DNA of 64,000 nt. It comes from Eledone cirrhosa (lineage: Eukaryota). Both the position numbers and the translations under genes were made by a program. The first letter of the stretch is position 1; each line of letters starts with the position of its first letter. The stretch lies in contig OZ024754.1 of NCBI GenBank assembly GCA_964016885.1, positions 27,590,001-27,654,000 on the forward strand, written 5' to 3'. Of this stretch, positions 14,134 through 27,590 are shown piece by piece. The notes under the pieces are model-generated. The model saw only the letters and a program-made list of their open reading frames with translations. It had not been told where the DNA came from and ran no database searches.

Positions 14134-14453
14134 TGGTGGCTGCCAACTCGTTTTCGAGTACGGCCACTACTTTATATCCATGTAGGAGAACCCCTACCGA
14201 TGCGCTGAACAAGTGTGACTTTTTAGTCCAGCCAGCGACTTGAAGACTCTGGTACAAACACTACACTTGTGACAATTATTGACACATAGTGCTGGGCCCT
14301 TGGTACCATGTGACAACAAGTGCAGAGAGATCTCCAGATATAAAGCAATGCCTGTGCCGTGAAGCTTTTATAGTGGGCAAAGGCACTGCACAAAGCCAGT
14401 CCCACTCTCTTAACCAAGATGATATTTACCAAAAAGAAGAACAAGTCAACATC
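14134..14453 (-). mobile_element. 5'-truncated copy of the 12980 element
   Basis: High similarity to 12980-13297; (CATA)n on both sides. Confidence 0.7.
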
Positions 14454-14478
14454 ATACATACATACATACATACATACA

Positions 14479-14509
<31 letters not shown>

Positions 14510-15269
14510 TTATATCTATGTGTTGGGGGGTGGGAGGCTTTCTGGAAATGATTTTTCCTAATTAATACATTAAGATTGTATGTCTGTTTGTATACATACA
14601 CGTTTTACTTTTTACTTAAATATCTACGAACACACGCACACACATACGTACATACATCCATACACACATACATATACACCAATTATTTCTGCATTAGATC
14701 ATCAAACATAATTGATCATCCATTAGCTCTTAATTCTTATACATGTATTCTGTCTTGTATATTATTTCATCGTTATAAAAAATATCTATAATGATTATAC
14801 CTCGTACTATTAAATTTATCTTTGTTTCGTAAACTTTCGAAGAATTTTAAGTATATATGTGTTAAAACATAATAAATTGCATGCATTTATAAAAGAATAT
14901 AGAAAGTATTTCACTGTATAAACATTTATTTTACAGAAATTTCTTCTATATATCAAATGAATATGTGTAATTTTGTGTGTTTATATGTATGCAAAGTCCT
15001 GTAGGTATATCGAATTTATATTGTGCTTTATATTGTACTATAATCAGCACATGTGGTTGTAACGTCTCTCCAGCGGGACAGTCTGTATTCGTTCATTTTC
15101 TTGTCTCTGTCTTCGCCGGGTTTTTTTATTCATTCGTATGTTTTTAGCCAATGGGACACTTTTTCCAAAATATATATATATATATAAGGAAAAAAGATGA
15201 AGTCAAAAATGCAATTGGAGTCTTTTTAAGAATATTTATTTGGTTCTTTTACGAGACGATCCTTCCTAA

Positions 15270-16450
15270 GAGACGATGTGGACCTCTTAAACCACCTCCC
15301 CAAACATGTCAATAACAACACTATTATTGTGTCTTTCGATGTAGTGAATCTCTATACAACGATCCCACACCAATAGAATTCTGGAAGCAATAGGATTCTG
15401 GCTAGAGAAATATCCCAATGAGATACCTGATAGAATAGAAAAAAGCTTCATCACCGAGGGATTAAAATTTATTTTACAGAACAACTTTTTTTATTTCGAT
15501 GGCAGTACTTACAAGCAAATATCGGGGACTGCGATGGGTACAAAAGTCGCTCCAACTTATGCTAACTTAGTCATGGCATACTTGGAAGTCCAGATATATG
15601 AACACTCCAAATCAAAATACGGATTGAATTTCAACAAATATTTATCAGATAATTGGAAACGCTACTTTGATGATTGTCTTATTCTTTGGTCTCACACACT
15701 CAACCAACTAAATGATTTCAAAATTTTAATTAACGGCACCAATAACCACATCCAATTCACAATGGAATACAGCCAAGATCAACTCCCATTCCTGGACATC
15801 TTAATCATTAAAAAAGACACAATTATTGAAACTGACATACACTACAAACCAACAGATTCCAAACAATAGCTGCTATTCACCTCCAGCTATCGAAAGTACA
15901 CGAAGACGAACATTCCTTTTAACCTAGCAAGAAGAATTTGCACAATTTTCTCCAATTATGAAACGCGAAATAAAAGACTTCAAGAATTAAAGGAAATTCT
16001 GCTCGAAAAACAATACGCACCGTTACTAATAAATAATGGGATAGAAAGGGCTAAAGCAATAGGCATTGATGAATTACGAAAACAGAAAAAAATTCAAGGT
16101 ACGTCCAATATTCTATCATATATCTCAACACACAACCCAAGAAATGCGGAAGCTTACAACATTATTCACAAGAACATCCCACTATTGAAACAAGACCCAA
16201 GAATGAAAAAAGCCTTTGAAACACACAAAATAATAAAAAGCAAAAGTAAACCGAAATCACTAAAAACATTACTCACCAATGCCAAATTACCTACCACAAA
16301 CCCACAACCAACTGTCAAAAAATGTGGTCATTCTAATTGTGGAACCTGCACTCACCTCATTGAAGGCAACACGTATACATTTCAATCAGGACAACATTTT
16401 GTTTTAAAAAATCAGTTCACTTGCTCATCAATAAATTTAATTATGCCAAT
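15270..16450 (+). mobile_element. Penelope-like element RT and start of GIY-YIG region, decayed
   Basis: VSFDVVNLYTTIP, GTAMGTKVAPTYANL, WKRYFDD, LPFLDILI, HYKPTDS, then KCGHSNCGTC..FTCSSINLI; stops and frameshifts; short inverted terminal piece at 15185-15255. Confidence 0.9.
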
Positions 16451-16529
16451 AAATGTAAAGGATGATATGTAGAATTTCTTTGGTACAGAAGTCACATATA
16501 CATTTATTAAATTTTGATAAATTTGGTTT

Positions 16530-16564
<35 letters not shown>

Positions 16565-16649
16565 CATAAATCATGTCTATAGAATCAATCAGATATTAAA
16601 ATATATACTATTTCTTCTTCTAATCAACATAATTAACCATATACAAAAT

Positions 16650-16696
<47 letters not shown>

Positions 16697-17586
16697 TTAT
16701 TTATTATACTTCTTGATTCATTTGACATCATGAATATCTTCAATTAATCGCCTTTGCAACAAAACGCCAAATTATTTATATTACATATTTCTAAATATTT
16801 CATATCAACTCTCATATGCGGATGACTTCTTTTAATTTAATTACAGATCATAAGGTCAGGCTTATTTTAATAGATGTTATATCTGATCGATTTCCTAACT
16901 CAATGCACATTATAATTCAAGAAAATATTCCTCTAAGCGTATAAGTGTGAAATATTGAATTCGGCAGCTTATACTTTTAAATGTTTCATTTATATTATCT
17001 TTTGAAAATTATACTCAATTATTACAAGTTTCGTCTATAAAAATCATTAACACAATTTACATTTAATCATTTTTGTTTTAAGAGATAACTGATTAGTTCC
17101 ACACAAGCAGTTAAATTTTTAATTTAAGCTACATGCATATATTTATTCTTTTTACTCTCATTACGAAAACATTTCCGTTTCTTTCAAATTCTGCATAAAA
17201 AAATACCAAAAACTATGATGAACATTAATTTTCTATTCTTAAGAAAATCCCACATTTCTGTTCATCCTATGGAAATGGTGTTCTGAACAGGTTGCTATTT
17301 ATGGTTTAACAACAACAACAACAAATCTAAACAGATTTAATGAACAATACAAATATCAAATGCTTTAGAATAACGAGAACACAACGGAAAGGATGCGGAT
17401 ATGGTGAAAAAAATGATATATGTTTGTTATCTTTTGCTTGAAGATAGTACTTTTATAGAATGTATAGTGCCTATTTTTTGCTAGTTACAATGTTAAAACT
17501 ATTTTAGGATAAACAAACTCCTTTGTATCACGACAAAATATGAAGGCATCTACCTCAACGACTTCGATTGTTAGTAGTCACTTTAG

Positions 17587-17970
17587 TTAAGCCTTTCATT
17601 ATTACATTTCTGATAAAAGCACTGCTTGTGATTTTCAAATAAGTTTCAAAATAATCAGGAATTTAGATGGATTTAGTAATAAAACAATCTTTCCTATTAT
17701 TGAGTTGGTGTTTGGTACATAGGCTAACAATGTTTCTTATATAAAATTATGAAGGAAGGGTTTTAGATAAATATAAATATTAAACATTTTTCATTTCTAT
17801 ATTTCTAATAAAAGAAACTGCCGATGATTTTCAAATATTTTCAACAAATAATGAAGCATTTGGGAGATTTATAAAATAACTTTTGCATTATTGAGATTAT
17901 GTTTGAGCATGACTTAACAAAACTTCTTATATAAAATCTTTATGGAAACTTTTTTTTAGATAAATATATA
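17587..17970. repeat. Two degenerate tandem partial copies of the adjacent MITE
   Basis: Repeated blocks gattttcaaat..cttatataaaat..ttttagataaatata shared with 17975-18228. Confidence 0.55.
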
Positions 17971-17974
17971 TACT

Positions 17975-18228
17975 TTAACCCTTTCGTTACCATATTTCTA
18001 ATTCCACTGTCCGTGATTTTCATTGTATTTCAAAAATACTCTAGAATTTAGGAGGATTTAGAAATATAATTCACTCATCATTAAGCAATTTTTTTTTTTG
18101 GGGGGGGGGGGGGATATAAAGGGCCTTACATAAAATTATGATAGAAGGTTTTTAGATAAATATTATCATTTTAAAAGTAAAAGGCTTTTATCATAGAACT
18201 AGAGGCGGTTTGGTATAAAAATGGTTAA
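17975..18228. mobile_element. piggyBac-like MITE (TTAA-flanked)
   Basis: TTAA-CCCTTTCGTTACCA ... TGGTATAAAAATGG-TTAA imperfect TIRs; decayed relative at ~56630-56860. Confidence 0.6.
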
Positions 18229-18809
18229 ATCTGACTGAATCACATCATAGCACTTAACTAAACAAGCAATGATCTTGAAAGTATCTCTGGCGTTATTAAT
18301 ATTATTATCATGTCTGGCTGATGATTAAAATTTACATGTTTGGATATACAGCCAAATATTTTATATTAACTTGTATTAGTTAATTATTTCTACTGATAAA
18401 TAATTGATCATAATTAATGTGTAGTAATTAGTGTCACTTGAAAATTTATGGTAATTGTACATTAATTGCAGCAAATACTATTTTCGATGAATGCCAATAT
18501 TATTGATCTTGTTCACTCTTGCTCAACATAACGTTTATATAATTATAAAAGAGAACCTGGGGCAAAGCCGTAGTTTCTCGAGGAAATTTAGTCGATCTAT
18601 GAAATATGTACAGACACTGCATACGAATATTTCTCTTCTCCCCTTACGATATTCAATATCATGCTACTCTGTTAAATGAAATGTGTGCGTGGATGTTTGT
18701 GTATATATTTTTGCTTGTATGAAGGCATTGGTCATAATATTAATTCACGTTGTTCCAGTTCATTTAGCTACAACCAATGAGTTATATATATGTAATAAAA
18801 AAATCTAGT

Positions 18810-19304
18810 GTTCGGTCTACTGGTTCCATTATAGGTGGAGAAGGACGTTGTCAGGGGTACGTACTGTCACCTCTCCTGTTCACAATCTTCATGAACATGA
18901 TTGACATGCACGGCGGAGCTGGACGTGGTATCAGGGCTGGTGAGTGTAGGAGCAACCGACTGGAATTTGCAGAAGACATGCAGTTGGTAGGTTTGCTATC
19001 TTCAATTCGTTATTTGTGACAACAACATTTCTCCAATTAATGACCGAAAACATCTGTTTGCAAATAGAAGTGGCTGAAATGGGGTTCCTCAGAAGGGCTT
19101 TTGGAGTGACATTGCTTGATAAAGTACGTAACTCAGAGATCAGTAATCTCGATCAAGTTAGTTCTCCGAATTGAGAGATCTCGACTCCGATACTATGAAC
19201 ATGAAGTTAGACTATCTAAGGGAAGAATCGCTGGACAGATTGTACTGGAAAATCAGCCAATAGGAGAGCCAGGTGTAAACCCCAAGCAAGATGGTAGGGT
19301 AACA
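18810..19304 (+). mobile_element. RTE-type LINE RT fragment, decayed
   Basis: QGYVLSPLLFTIFMNMI, LEFAED, EVAEMGFLRR, IERSRLRYYEHEVRL. Confidence 0.75.
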
Positions 19305-19504
19305 NNNNNNNNNNNNNNNNNNNNNNNNNNNNNNNNNNNNNNNNNNNNNNNNNNNNNNNNNNNNNNNNNNNNNNNNNNNNNNNNNNNNNNNNNNNNNNNN
19401 NNNNNNNNNNNNNNNNNNNNNNNNNNNNNNNNNNNNNNNNNNNNNNNNNNNNNNNNNNNNNNNNNNNNNNNNNNNNNNNNNNNNNNNNNNNNNNNNNNNN
19501 NNNN
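19305..19504. other. Assembly gap
   Basis: Run of 200 N. Confidence 1.
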
Positions 19505-19999
19505 AATAGTAGGTTGAAATTAATGCCTGCAAGATTTCGAAGCTCTAACATCATTCCATCATAGTAAGCCTATATACTTTTCAGCGGATCCTCGTACATC
19601 AGTTTTATTTTACCATGTCAACGTTAGTTTATTATAAATTTAAGTTGATCCGTTATGAGCTCTCACTTACTGTATAAATATACTCTGATTATCGTTGTCT
19701 TTATGAAATACTAGTTATACTTATTTTTAAAATATCGAAGGAATAGTGATATCAAATTCCCTCTTCAAAGACACTACATGCATTATGATTCTCTGATATT
19801 TTGTCTCCCTCAATACGTTGCGTTCCGGATATATAGAAATATATGATTTGAAACGAAATACAAAATGGCGTTTCCGAAATACCGGAAATTAATGAAATAT
19901 TAAATGATGGAATCAATTATTAAAATAACCGGATCTGTGTATTCTAACAGAAAATGAAAAACAGGACTGCACACACACAAACGCGTTCGCGCGCGCACA

Positions 20000-20041
<42 letters not shown>

Positions 20042-20222
20042 TTACGTGCATGCATACATAAGATTACCCGTAACCTTAATGTGGAAAATATATATGCAAT
20101 ATCTGTGTGCTCATATATGTAATATATAAGCATATGTATATATCCGAGCGCTCAAATTTATATTTAATTATCTTCACATATTTACACATGCACACAAGCA
20201 GTTAATCCACCCCTCCCATTAT

Positions 20223-20262
<40 letters not shown>

Positions 20263-20282
20263 GAGAGAGAGAGAGAGAGAGA

Positions 20283-20984
20283 TATGCAGGCCCTAACAAC
20301 ATCCCTACAAGAGAGTGCGGAAAAGATCGGCCTGAGAATCAACACCTAAAAGACCAAGGTCATGAGAACGGCCAGCAACACAGGTCCAGTGATCAGAGTC
20401 AACCAACAGGACCTCGAGGAAGTCGATCACTTCATCAATGTGGGCAGCATCCTGACAAGCAGCGGCGACGCGGAGCTCGACATCAACTGTCGGATCGGCA
20501 AAGGAGCCGCAGTTTTCCAGCGGCTGTGCCCAGTCTGGTCGTCTTCATGCATTAGCACCAAGACCAAGCTCCGCCTGTACAAGAGCATCGTGCTGCCGAC
20601 AGTGCTTTATACAAGCGAGATCTGGAAGAGTACGGCAAAAATAGAGAGACGGCTGAACGCTTTCCACCAGCGGTGCCCTGCAAAAGATCCTTCGTGTGTC
20701 CTGGCGCGAGCGAGTGGGAAACAAGGAGATCCTGCGGAGTGCCGAGTCGTGGACGCTACAGAGAGGGGTCACGGAGCGTCGGTGCCGTCTTGCTGGCCAT
20801 ATTCTGCGTCTGCCAAATGAACGGCATTCGAAAACAGCGACGAACTGGACTCCGACTGGCGGTAAACGGAGGCGGGGTTGCCCAAGGATGACCTGGCGAC
20901 GAACGTTCTGGAAGGACCTGATGGCAGCCAACATCACCTGGCACGGTTTCGAAAAGGTTGCCGTTAATCGTGACCGTTGTGAGT
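20283..20984 (+). mobile_element. GC-rich RTE-clade LINE 3' fragment
   Basis: LEEVDHFINVGSILT..DINCRIGKG..KTKLRLYKSIVLPTVLY..FHQRC / LAGHILRL..GKRRRGCPRMTWRRT; one frameshift near 20680. Confidence 0.85.
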
Positions 20985-21165
20985 CATCATCATCACTCGT
21001 CGACTACTGTCGAGATGATGGATCTCACTCTCATGCCCCAGAATTCCCTGTCCCCCATCGCTGCCCCCAGGTCCTGTCTACTGATTCCCGTATCCCTAGA
21101 GATAACGTCAGGGAATGACAGCTTCCTACTCCTAGTCAGGCTGGAGTCAGGGGTTCCAGAGCAAG
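20985..21165 (-). mobile_element. 3' end of a second RTE family, tail-to-tail with the first
   Basis: Minus: [30 protein letters not shown] followed by a (GAT)n tail. Confidence 0.65.
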
Positions 21166-21240
21166 AGAGCGGATATGATTTCATTGTTGGTGAGTACTTA
21201 CTGCTTGATGAGCCGAACGGCGCGGAAGAATCTAAGACTA

Positions 21241-21376
<136 letters not shown>

Positions 21377-21382
21377 GTGTAT

Positions 21383-22147
21383 ATTTGTCAAGCTATTTAA
21401 ACGTATGTTATTACTCTAAGGTCCTATCTTATCGAGTGCTTTGCTAACTCATCATTTCATATAAGTAGGCCGAATTCACTTGCAAACCGCCAGAGATTCG
21501 ATTTTACTGATTTCCAATTATATTATTCTCCTAGATTTAATAATTAACTAATTAATTTAATTAGACAATTCTGTTGATTGGTTAATTATTAGTGTTTGTT
21601 TTATAACATCTAGTCGAGAGCTTATCATGAAGATTAGCGGGAATTTAAAATATTTCCCTTTTTCGCTAACTTTTTGAACAACCGCCTGGGACCGGGGGTT
21701 ATTTCCCTTGCCGGAATTAGCACGTGATAATTATAGATACGATTAGCAGCGTATAGCAGCAACATATAATTTATCACTCCGTTCCCAGGAAGAGCGATAA
21801 ACCTGTTGAAAAACTGAATCCAACGTTCGGTCACCAATAACCAGGAGCTTGCCCTTCAAGTAAGTCTGATATTTGATTTCGGATTCATAGAAACACTTTG
21901 AGCGATTGTTCGTTTAATTTATCCAGGTGTACTTTTTCTCAACCTGATTAGTTCTATCGTTGCTCTGGTATATATATTGTGTGTTAGTTTAGCCTACCAC
22001 AATGTGAGATTTGTCAAGCTATTTAAACGTATGTTATTACTCTAAGGTCCTATCTTATCGAGTGCTTTGCTAACTCATCATTTCATATAAGTAGGCCGAA
22101 TTCACTTGCAAACCGCCAGAGATTCGATTTTACTGATTTCCAATTAT
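21383..22147. mobile_element. Non-coding element with ~137-bp identical direct repeats in (TA)n
   Basis: 21383-21520 repeated at ~22009-22147; same architecture as 9097-9950. Confidence 0.7.
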
Positions 22148-22186
22148 ATATATATATATATATACATACATACATACATACATACA

Positions 22187-22217
<31 letters not shown>

Positions 22218-22218
22218 G

Positions 22219-22277
<59 letters not shown>

Positions 22278-22777
22278 GTCTCGATGTTGTCGAAGGGAAA
22301 GGCAAAAACCGATACAGTTTGACATCAGTGACATTTTTACAGACGTGTCGGAGCAATGAGAAATGAAGTGTCTTGCTCAAGGAAGAAACGCATCTATCAA
22401 TTGAGTATAATTAGTTATTTCTCGTCCCGCATATGAAATTAATAAAATACTGAAAAATATAAATAAATAAGTACAGAAATGGTTAATCGGTGTGTTCTTT
22501 ATATTATTCATTGTTCCGTGGCTATCTTTAAATGAATATCTTGAGACAGTGAAAAAGTGTCGGGAAGAGATTAATTCTTCAAGATAGAAAACTTGTTCAA
22601 GTAGTATAAAATATATAGCGACAATATCATTATGTTAAATTATCAATTAACATGTACAACCACTCGGTGTGTATGAATAACAGAAGCTAAAATGAAATTA
22701 TTTAAGGCAATACAATACTTCCCAAATCATGCTGACAGATATTCATATAGTAATTTTCACAGCACCACGATGATAAT

Positions 22778-22965
22778 AATAATTGTTTCTACTTTAGGCA
22801 CAAGGCCAGCAATTAACCAGTACATTACTGGTACTTTATTTTATCGACCCCGTAAGGATGAAAGGCAAAGTTAAACTCGGTGGGATTTGAACTCAGACTG
22901 TAAAGGGATTTAACTATGCTAGAAAGCATGGCGTCCAGCCCTCTACCGATACTGCAAATTCACCG
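22778..22965 (-). mobile_element. Full-length SINE
   Basis: Same family as 5796; inserted in (AAT)n-like sequence. Confidence 0.9.
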
Positions 22966-23707
22966 AATAATAATGATAATAATAATTTCGTATATTGAAC
23001 TCGTATTGAGTGTTATCTAATAAGTGCTGTTTAATTATTTAACGACAGCCAATCATATCACAATCATGTGTTTCAAGTGTGCTCGTGTTTTTTGCCTTTA
23101 TATTATACTTCTGCTAAGCGGTTAAACACACTTTTATCCAATCGGTTCGAAGTATAGTCTGACAGTTTGAGGAGTACACAATTATTTCTGTCGCTACGGA
23201 ATTACATTCAGTGCTATTATTACTATACGCCTGCTTCAGTTCAACAGTTCTACAGTATATTGTGCTACATTCTGTCAAAATAGAAATTTGTAAACTACTG
23301 TTCCTTGTTCAATAACCTACGCACATAAGGAAATAAACAAGACACGACAAATAATAAAAAAGATACAACTGTCCAGATTCTTTTATATGGAAGAATATCG
23401 GATAATACTTATTTAGAAGCCTTTCTCCAAAACTTGTTCCAGGCTTATATGTAAAAATATTTAAAGATGCATTATTCAACCTGATTCAGTATCCAGTAAG
23501 AAAACAGTGATCTTATCTGATTCTCCGACAAAACGAAGCTTTTGTTGAACAATGGAATAACTAAATAAAAAATAGATAAATAAATTCATATAGAATTTGT
23601 AAAATAATAATATAACAGCTTACATCACTGTAACAAAGATCTCATTTACAAAATGGTGATGATATCTAGATGACAATCTGGATATAAACAGAAGACAAAA
23701 TGCATAT

Positions 23708-23708
<1 letters not shown>

Positions 23709-23756
<48 letters not shown>
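23709..23756. repeat. (GAT)n microsatellite
   Basis: Perfect trinucleotide run. Confidence 0.95.
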
Positions 23757-23820
23757 ATTCAATTTTGTGTTAGAAATGTTATATTCAAAAAAGAAAATGG
23801 TTTTAAATGGAAGAAAACCT

Positions 23821-23960
23821 CCTCTGTCCACACTAAATACAACAGCCAAATAACGTCAATTTCACCACCACAAACAGATCCACCACCTAACCCCTTCCCC
23901 TCTGTGTACACTAAATACAACAGCCAGAAAACGGCAATTTCCCCACCACCACCACCAATC
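23821..23960. repeat. 78-bp tandem dimer
   Basis: cctctgtN2acactaaatacaacagcca at 23821 and 23899. Confidence 0.7.
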
Positions 23961-24479
23961 GTAGCATAATAATAATTATTATTATTGTATCTCAAGTTTT
24001 CTCAAAATGTTTAATTCAAATATTAAGGAAATATGTCAACATATATATTAAACATAGGTGACAAACCGCATAGATATACAGATCAAACAAACGCATACTA
24101 GCTACAGTCTATTCAACAGAATTCAGAATTCAACTCCATCACTACAGTACCACTATCCCATCACCGCCGCCACCACTCCATCATTGCTACCACCACTATT
24201 CCCCCACCACCTTCTGTTAACTTAAGAAAGGCGAAGGTGGCGGTAACACTAGACAAGGGAGAAAGATATAAATAGACGGACATAGTGACTCGGTCAAAAG
24301 TTAACGGCTATCGCAATGAAGTTCCCCACCAACATTAGAAAAACCCCAGCACCACTGGCATAACCAACAACAACAACAGAGACAACTTCAACAAAAAGTA
24401 TATTACATTATTAACAATAATTTCTTTCTCAGCCACGAAGGGTTCACATTAAGGAACCACTCATGATAATAACAATTTT

Positions 24480-27400
24480 AAAAAACCAAAAACAAAAACC
24501 GTGACCAAGAAATACCGGGATGGCGGCCGGCGGGGAATAGCCGTGTCTCTACGGGAGGACGACCCCTCTAGTCTTGGTTGACACTCGTCCTAGGAGTGGT
24601 AACACGAAATGATTACTCCTTGGCGGTTAACGATAAAACGCAACAAAATAAGGCCAATGTCAAATGATAAAACCTCATACCGGATCGGCCGGTCAAAAAG
24701 GGCCGCGTCCCTTAGAGAGGAACCAGATTGGGGTCGAAAAATCAGCTAATGGTTCAAACTTTCCCATCAATTCGGAGCTGGAGACCTCCCAAAACCGAAA
24801 TACTCCTACTGTTGGCCCTCCATGCTCACCACCGAGAAATCCAAAGAAAAAGAAAGAAAAATGGTCAAGGTAAAACAATAAAGAAGTCCTTGAGGCTTTC
24901 TACACTGCCATGTACTACCCATCAAATAGATCGAAAACAGAACAGACGTATATCAACTGGAAAAATAAACATCCCGAAAACAGAGGCTATATTGACAGTA
25001 ACAAACTAGCCAATATACGAAGAAATATTGTTAAGACAAAGTTACTAACTGATATAGAAATTGATCAGATCAAGCTATTAGCACAAAGTCAACGAATGGA
25101 AAATGAAACATTGGTCAGTGAAAACGATGTAAATTGTAACACTTCGAATGCCAGGGTTGGGGCGGAATCACTGACAGCAGAACAAATTAAAGAAAGGATC
25201 GAAAAAGTGGAAGGAGTGCATGCTCAAGATGGTACTCAAAATGAGTACCATCTTGAGCATGAGATACCAAACAATGAGATCGTAAATGATAAAGAAATGA
25301 ATGGGAATGAACTTGCCAACTTGAAGAATGAAATTATGATCGAATGGATGAAAATAAAAGAATCTGACATGGGGGAACGAGACACTCTCCCTAAGCTCCA
25401 GAACTCCAAACAGAACCAAAGGATAATACACAAGACTAACATAATTCTCAAAAAACATTATCATCACAAACAAACTAAACATTTCTGATCTAAATCAGCT
25501 CTATTATGCATCGGCTAAAGTCACCACTCACTTATGTGGAGTGAAAATGAAAAACAAAAGGAAATCCCACAAGAAACCTACTTGGCAAGATAACATCAAT
25601 CGCCAAATAAACCTTCTCCGATCTGACATAGAAATTTTAACAAACTACAGAGTAGGTGAACATGTTAAACAAACTAAACATGGAAAATTGAAAAGAAAAT
25701 ACAGTATAAAATCAACAAGTGACATAGACATGCTGATAGAAACAATCAAGCAAAAATTGTCGGCCAAAGCTGCTCGTATTACGCGCTTTGAAAAACGACT
25801 TAGATTCTATAAGGACAATATGTTAAAAAACAACGAAAGAAACTTCTACAGAAAAATTGGTAAGTCAACAATAACTGCTAAATCAATACCACCCAAGGAG
25901 GAAGTGATAGAATTCTGGGAAAAGATCTGGGCCGAAGAAAAAGTTCATAATATACATGCCCCATGGATAGACAGACAAATGAAAGATACAGCTCACCTTG
26001 AGGAACAAACATGGGAAAATATAACAGTTGAACAGTTACGTTTAGCTCTTAGAAAAACCAGCAAATGGAAATCCCCAGGAAATACCACATTTTTGGATAA
26101 ATGCCTTCACAGTCTCATGAGCTGTAAGCCCAACTTTACAATGAAATGGTTAAGGAGCCAGAAAAGATACCATCATGGCTAGTTAACGGCATTACATTCC
26201 TACTTGTAGTAACCTGTAGTAACCTCTGGTAGTAAGCTCTGGTCAAGCACAGAGATCCGTAGGCTCGATACAAAAATTAAAAAATTCTTAACCATGCACA
26301 GAATGCATCACCCTAAGGCAGACATAGATAGAATATATCTCCCTAGGAAAGAAGGAGGACGTGGGTTAATCCAGTTAGACATTGCGTTGAAAACTGCAAC
26401 AATTGGATTATCCACATATCTAAGGGAATCACATGATTGGATGATCAAACTCGTTTTGAAACACGAAAGCACCAAAAGATCATATTCCATTACAAAAGAT
26501 GCACAAAGATACAGTAATGGACTACAAATTTCAGAAGTCCCATTTACTGCTGAAATGGAAAACACAGAAAAAGCAAAGCAGGTAAAAGTAACTGCAAAGA
26601 AAGAACTGCTACAGAAACTGGCTAAGAAATGGCAAGAAAAGCCTCTGTATGGAAAATATCCAGAGCGAGCTAACAATCCTGATGTTGACAAAACTTTAAC
26701 CCATCAGTGGTTGGCATCCTCTGGACTGAAATCGGAGACTGAAGGACTGATTATATCCGCACAAGATCAGTGTCTGCCAACAAAAAATTACCAAGCCAAC
26801 ATAATAAAAAATGGGTGCAGCCCATTATGCCGTGTATGCAAAAAACAACCAGAGACCATTGACCATATAATTTCAATGTGCAGTCCTATAGCTCCAACCG
26901 AATACCTAAACAGGCATGACAGAGCTGCACAATACATACATTGGATAATGTGTAAGCATTTTGACCTGCCCCATCAAAAGAATTGGTGGGAGCATCAACC
27001 ACCTCCCATACTTGAAAAAGATCACATCTCAATCTTGTGGAACTTTAGCATCCAAACAGACCGAAAAATAGATGCAAATAGACCTGATATAATATTGAAG
27101 GACTTTCAAAGGAGGGTATGCCTGCTAATTGATATGTCTGTTCCAATAGACAAGAATGTATCTATAAAAACATTTGAAAAATTGAGCAAGTATAAGGACA
27201 TGGAGATAGAAATTGGAAAAATGTGGAAATTGAGAACTAAAACAATACCAGTGGTTGTAGGCGCTCTGGGAATGATACCTAAGGGGTCTAACGACTACTT
27301 ATCGCAAATCCCAGGAAACCCGCGTATAGGAGAAATACAAAAGATAGTACTAATGGGAACTGCCCATATACTAAGGAAGATCCTGTCAATATAAGTACAT

Positions 27401-27534
27401 CACAAGTCTAAACACTAAGGATGCATGTGTGAATATGTGTGTTCTTTCTTGAACATGGCGGACCTTGTTGTCTCTTGAGGTCACTGGTTGTGACTTGGTG
27501 ATAACTCGTATAAACATAAAGCAAGATAAATGCA

Positions 27535-27535
<1 letters not shown>
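24480..27535 (+). mobile_element. R4/Dong-clade non-LTR retrotransposon, copy 1 (5' end present, RT core deleted)
   Basis: ORF remnant from 24664 with stop at 24871 and frameshifts; WKSPG; CCHC CRVCKKQPETIDHIISMC, RHD, RPDIIL..DMSVP..KLSKYKD RLE; 3' UTR then (TAA)n; 5' boundary approximate. Confidence 0.9.
26294..27394 (+). pseudogene. C-terminal ORF (thumb, CCHC, RLE) of Dong copy 1
   Basis: 366-aa ORF with RIYLPRKEGGRGL, CCHC and PD..D..K motifs. Confidence 0.85.

Positions 27536-27588
<53 letters not shown>

Positions 27589-27590
<2 letters not shown>

Noticed and set aside
16458-16500. GATGATA-TGTA..TACA-GAAG after the Penelope ORF
   Set aside because: Possibly the eroded pLTR hammerhead, but multiple core mismatches and no stem I.
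19116-19554. ORFs spanning X runs
   Set aside because: Artefacts of the assembly gap.
23700-23969. Poly-Asp ORF
   Set aside because: Product of the (GAT)n microsatellite.
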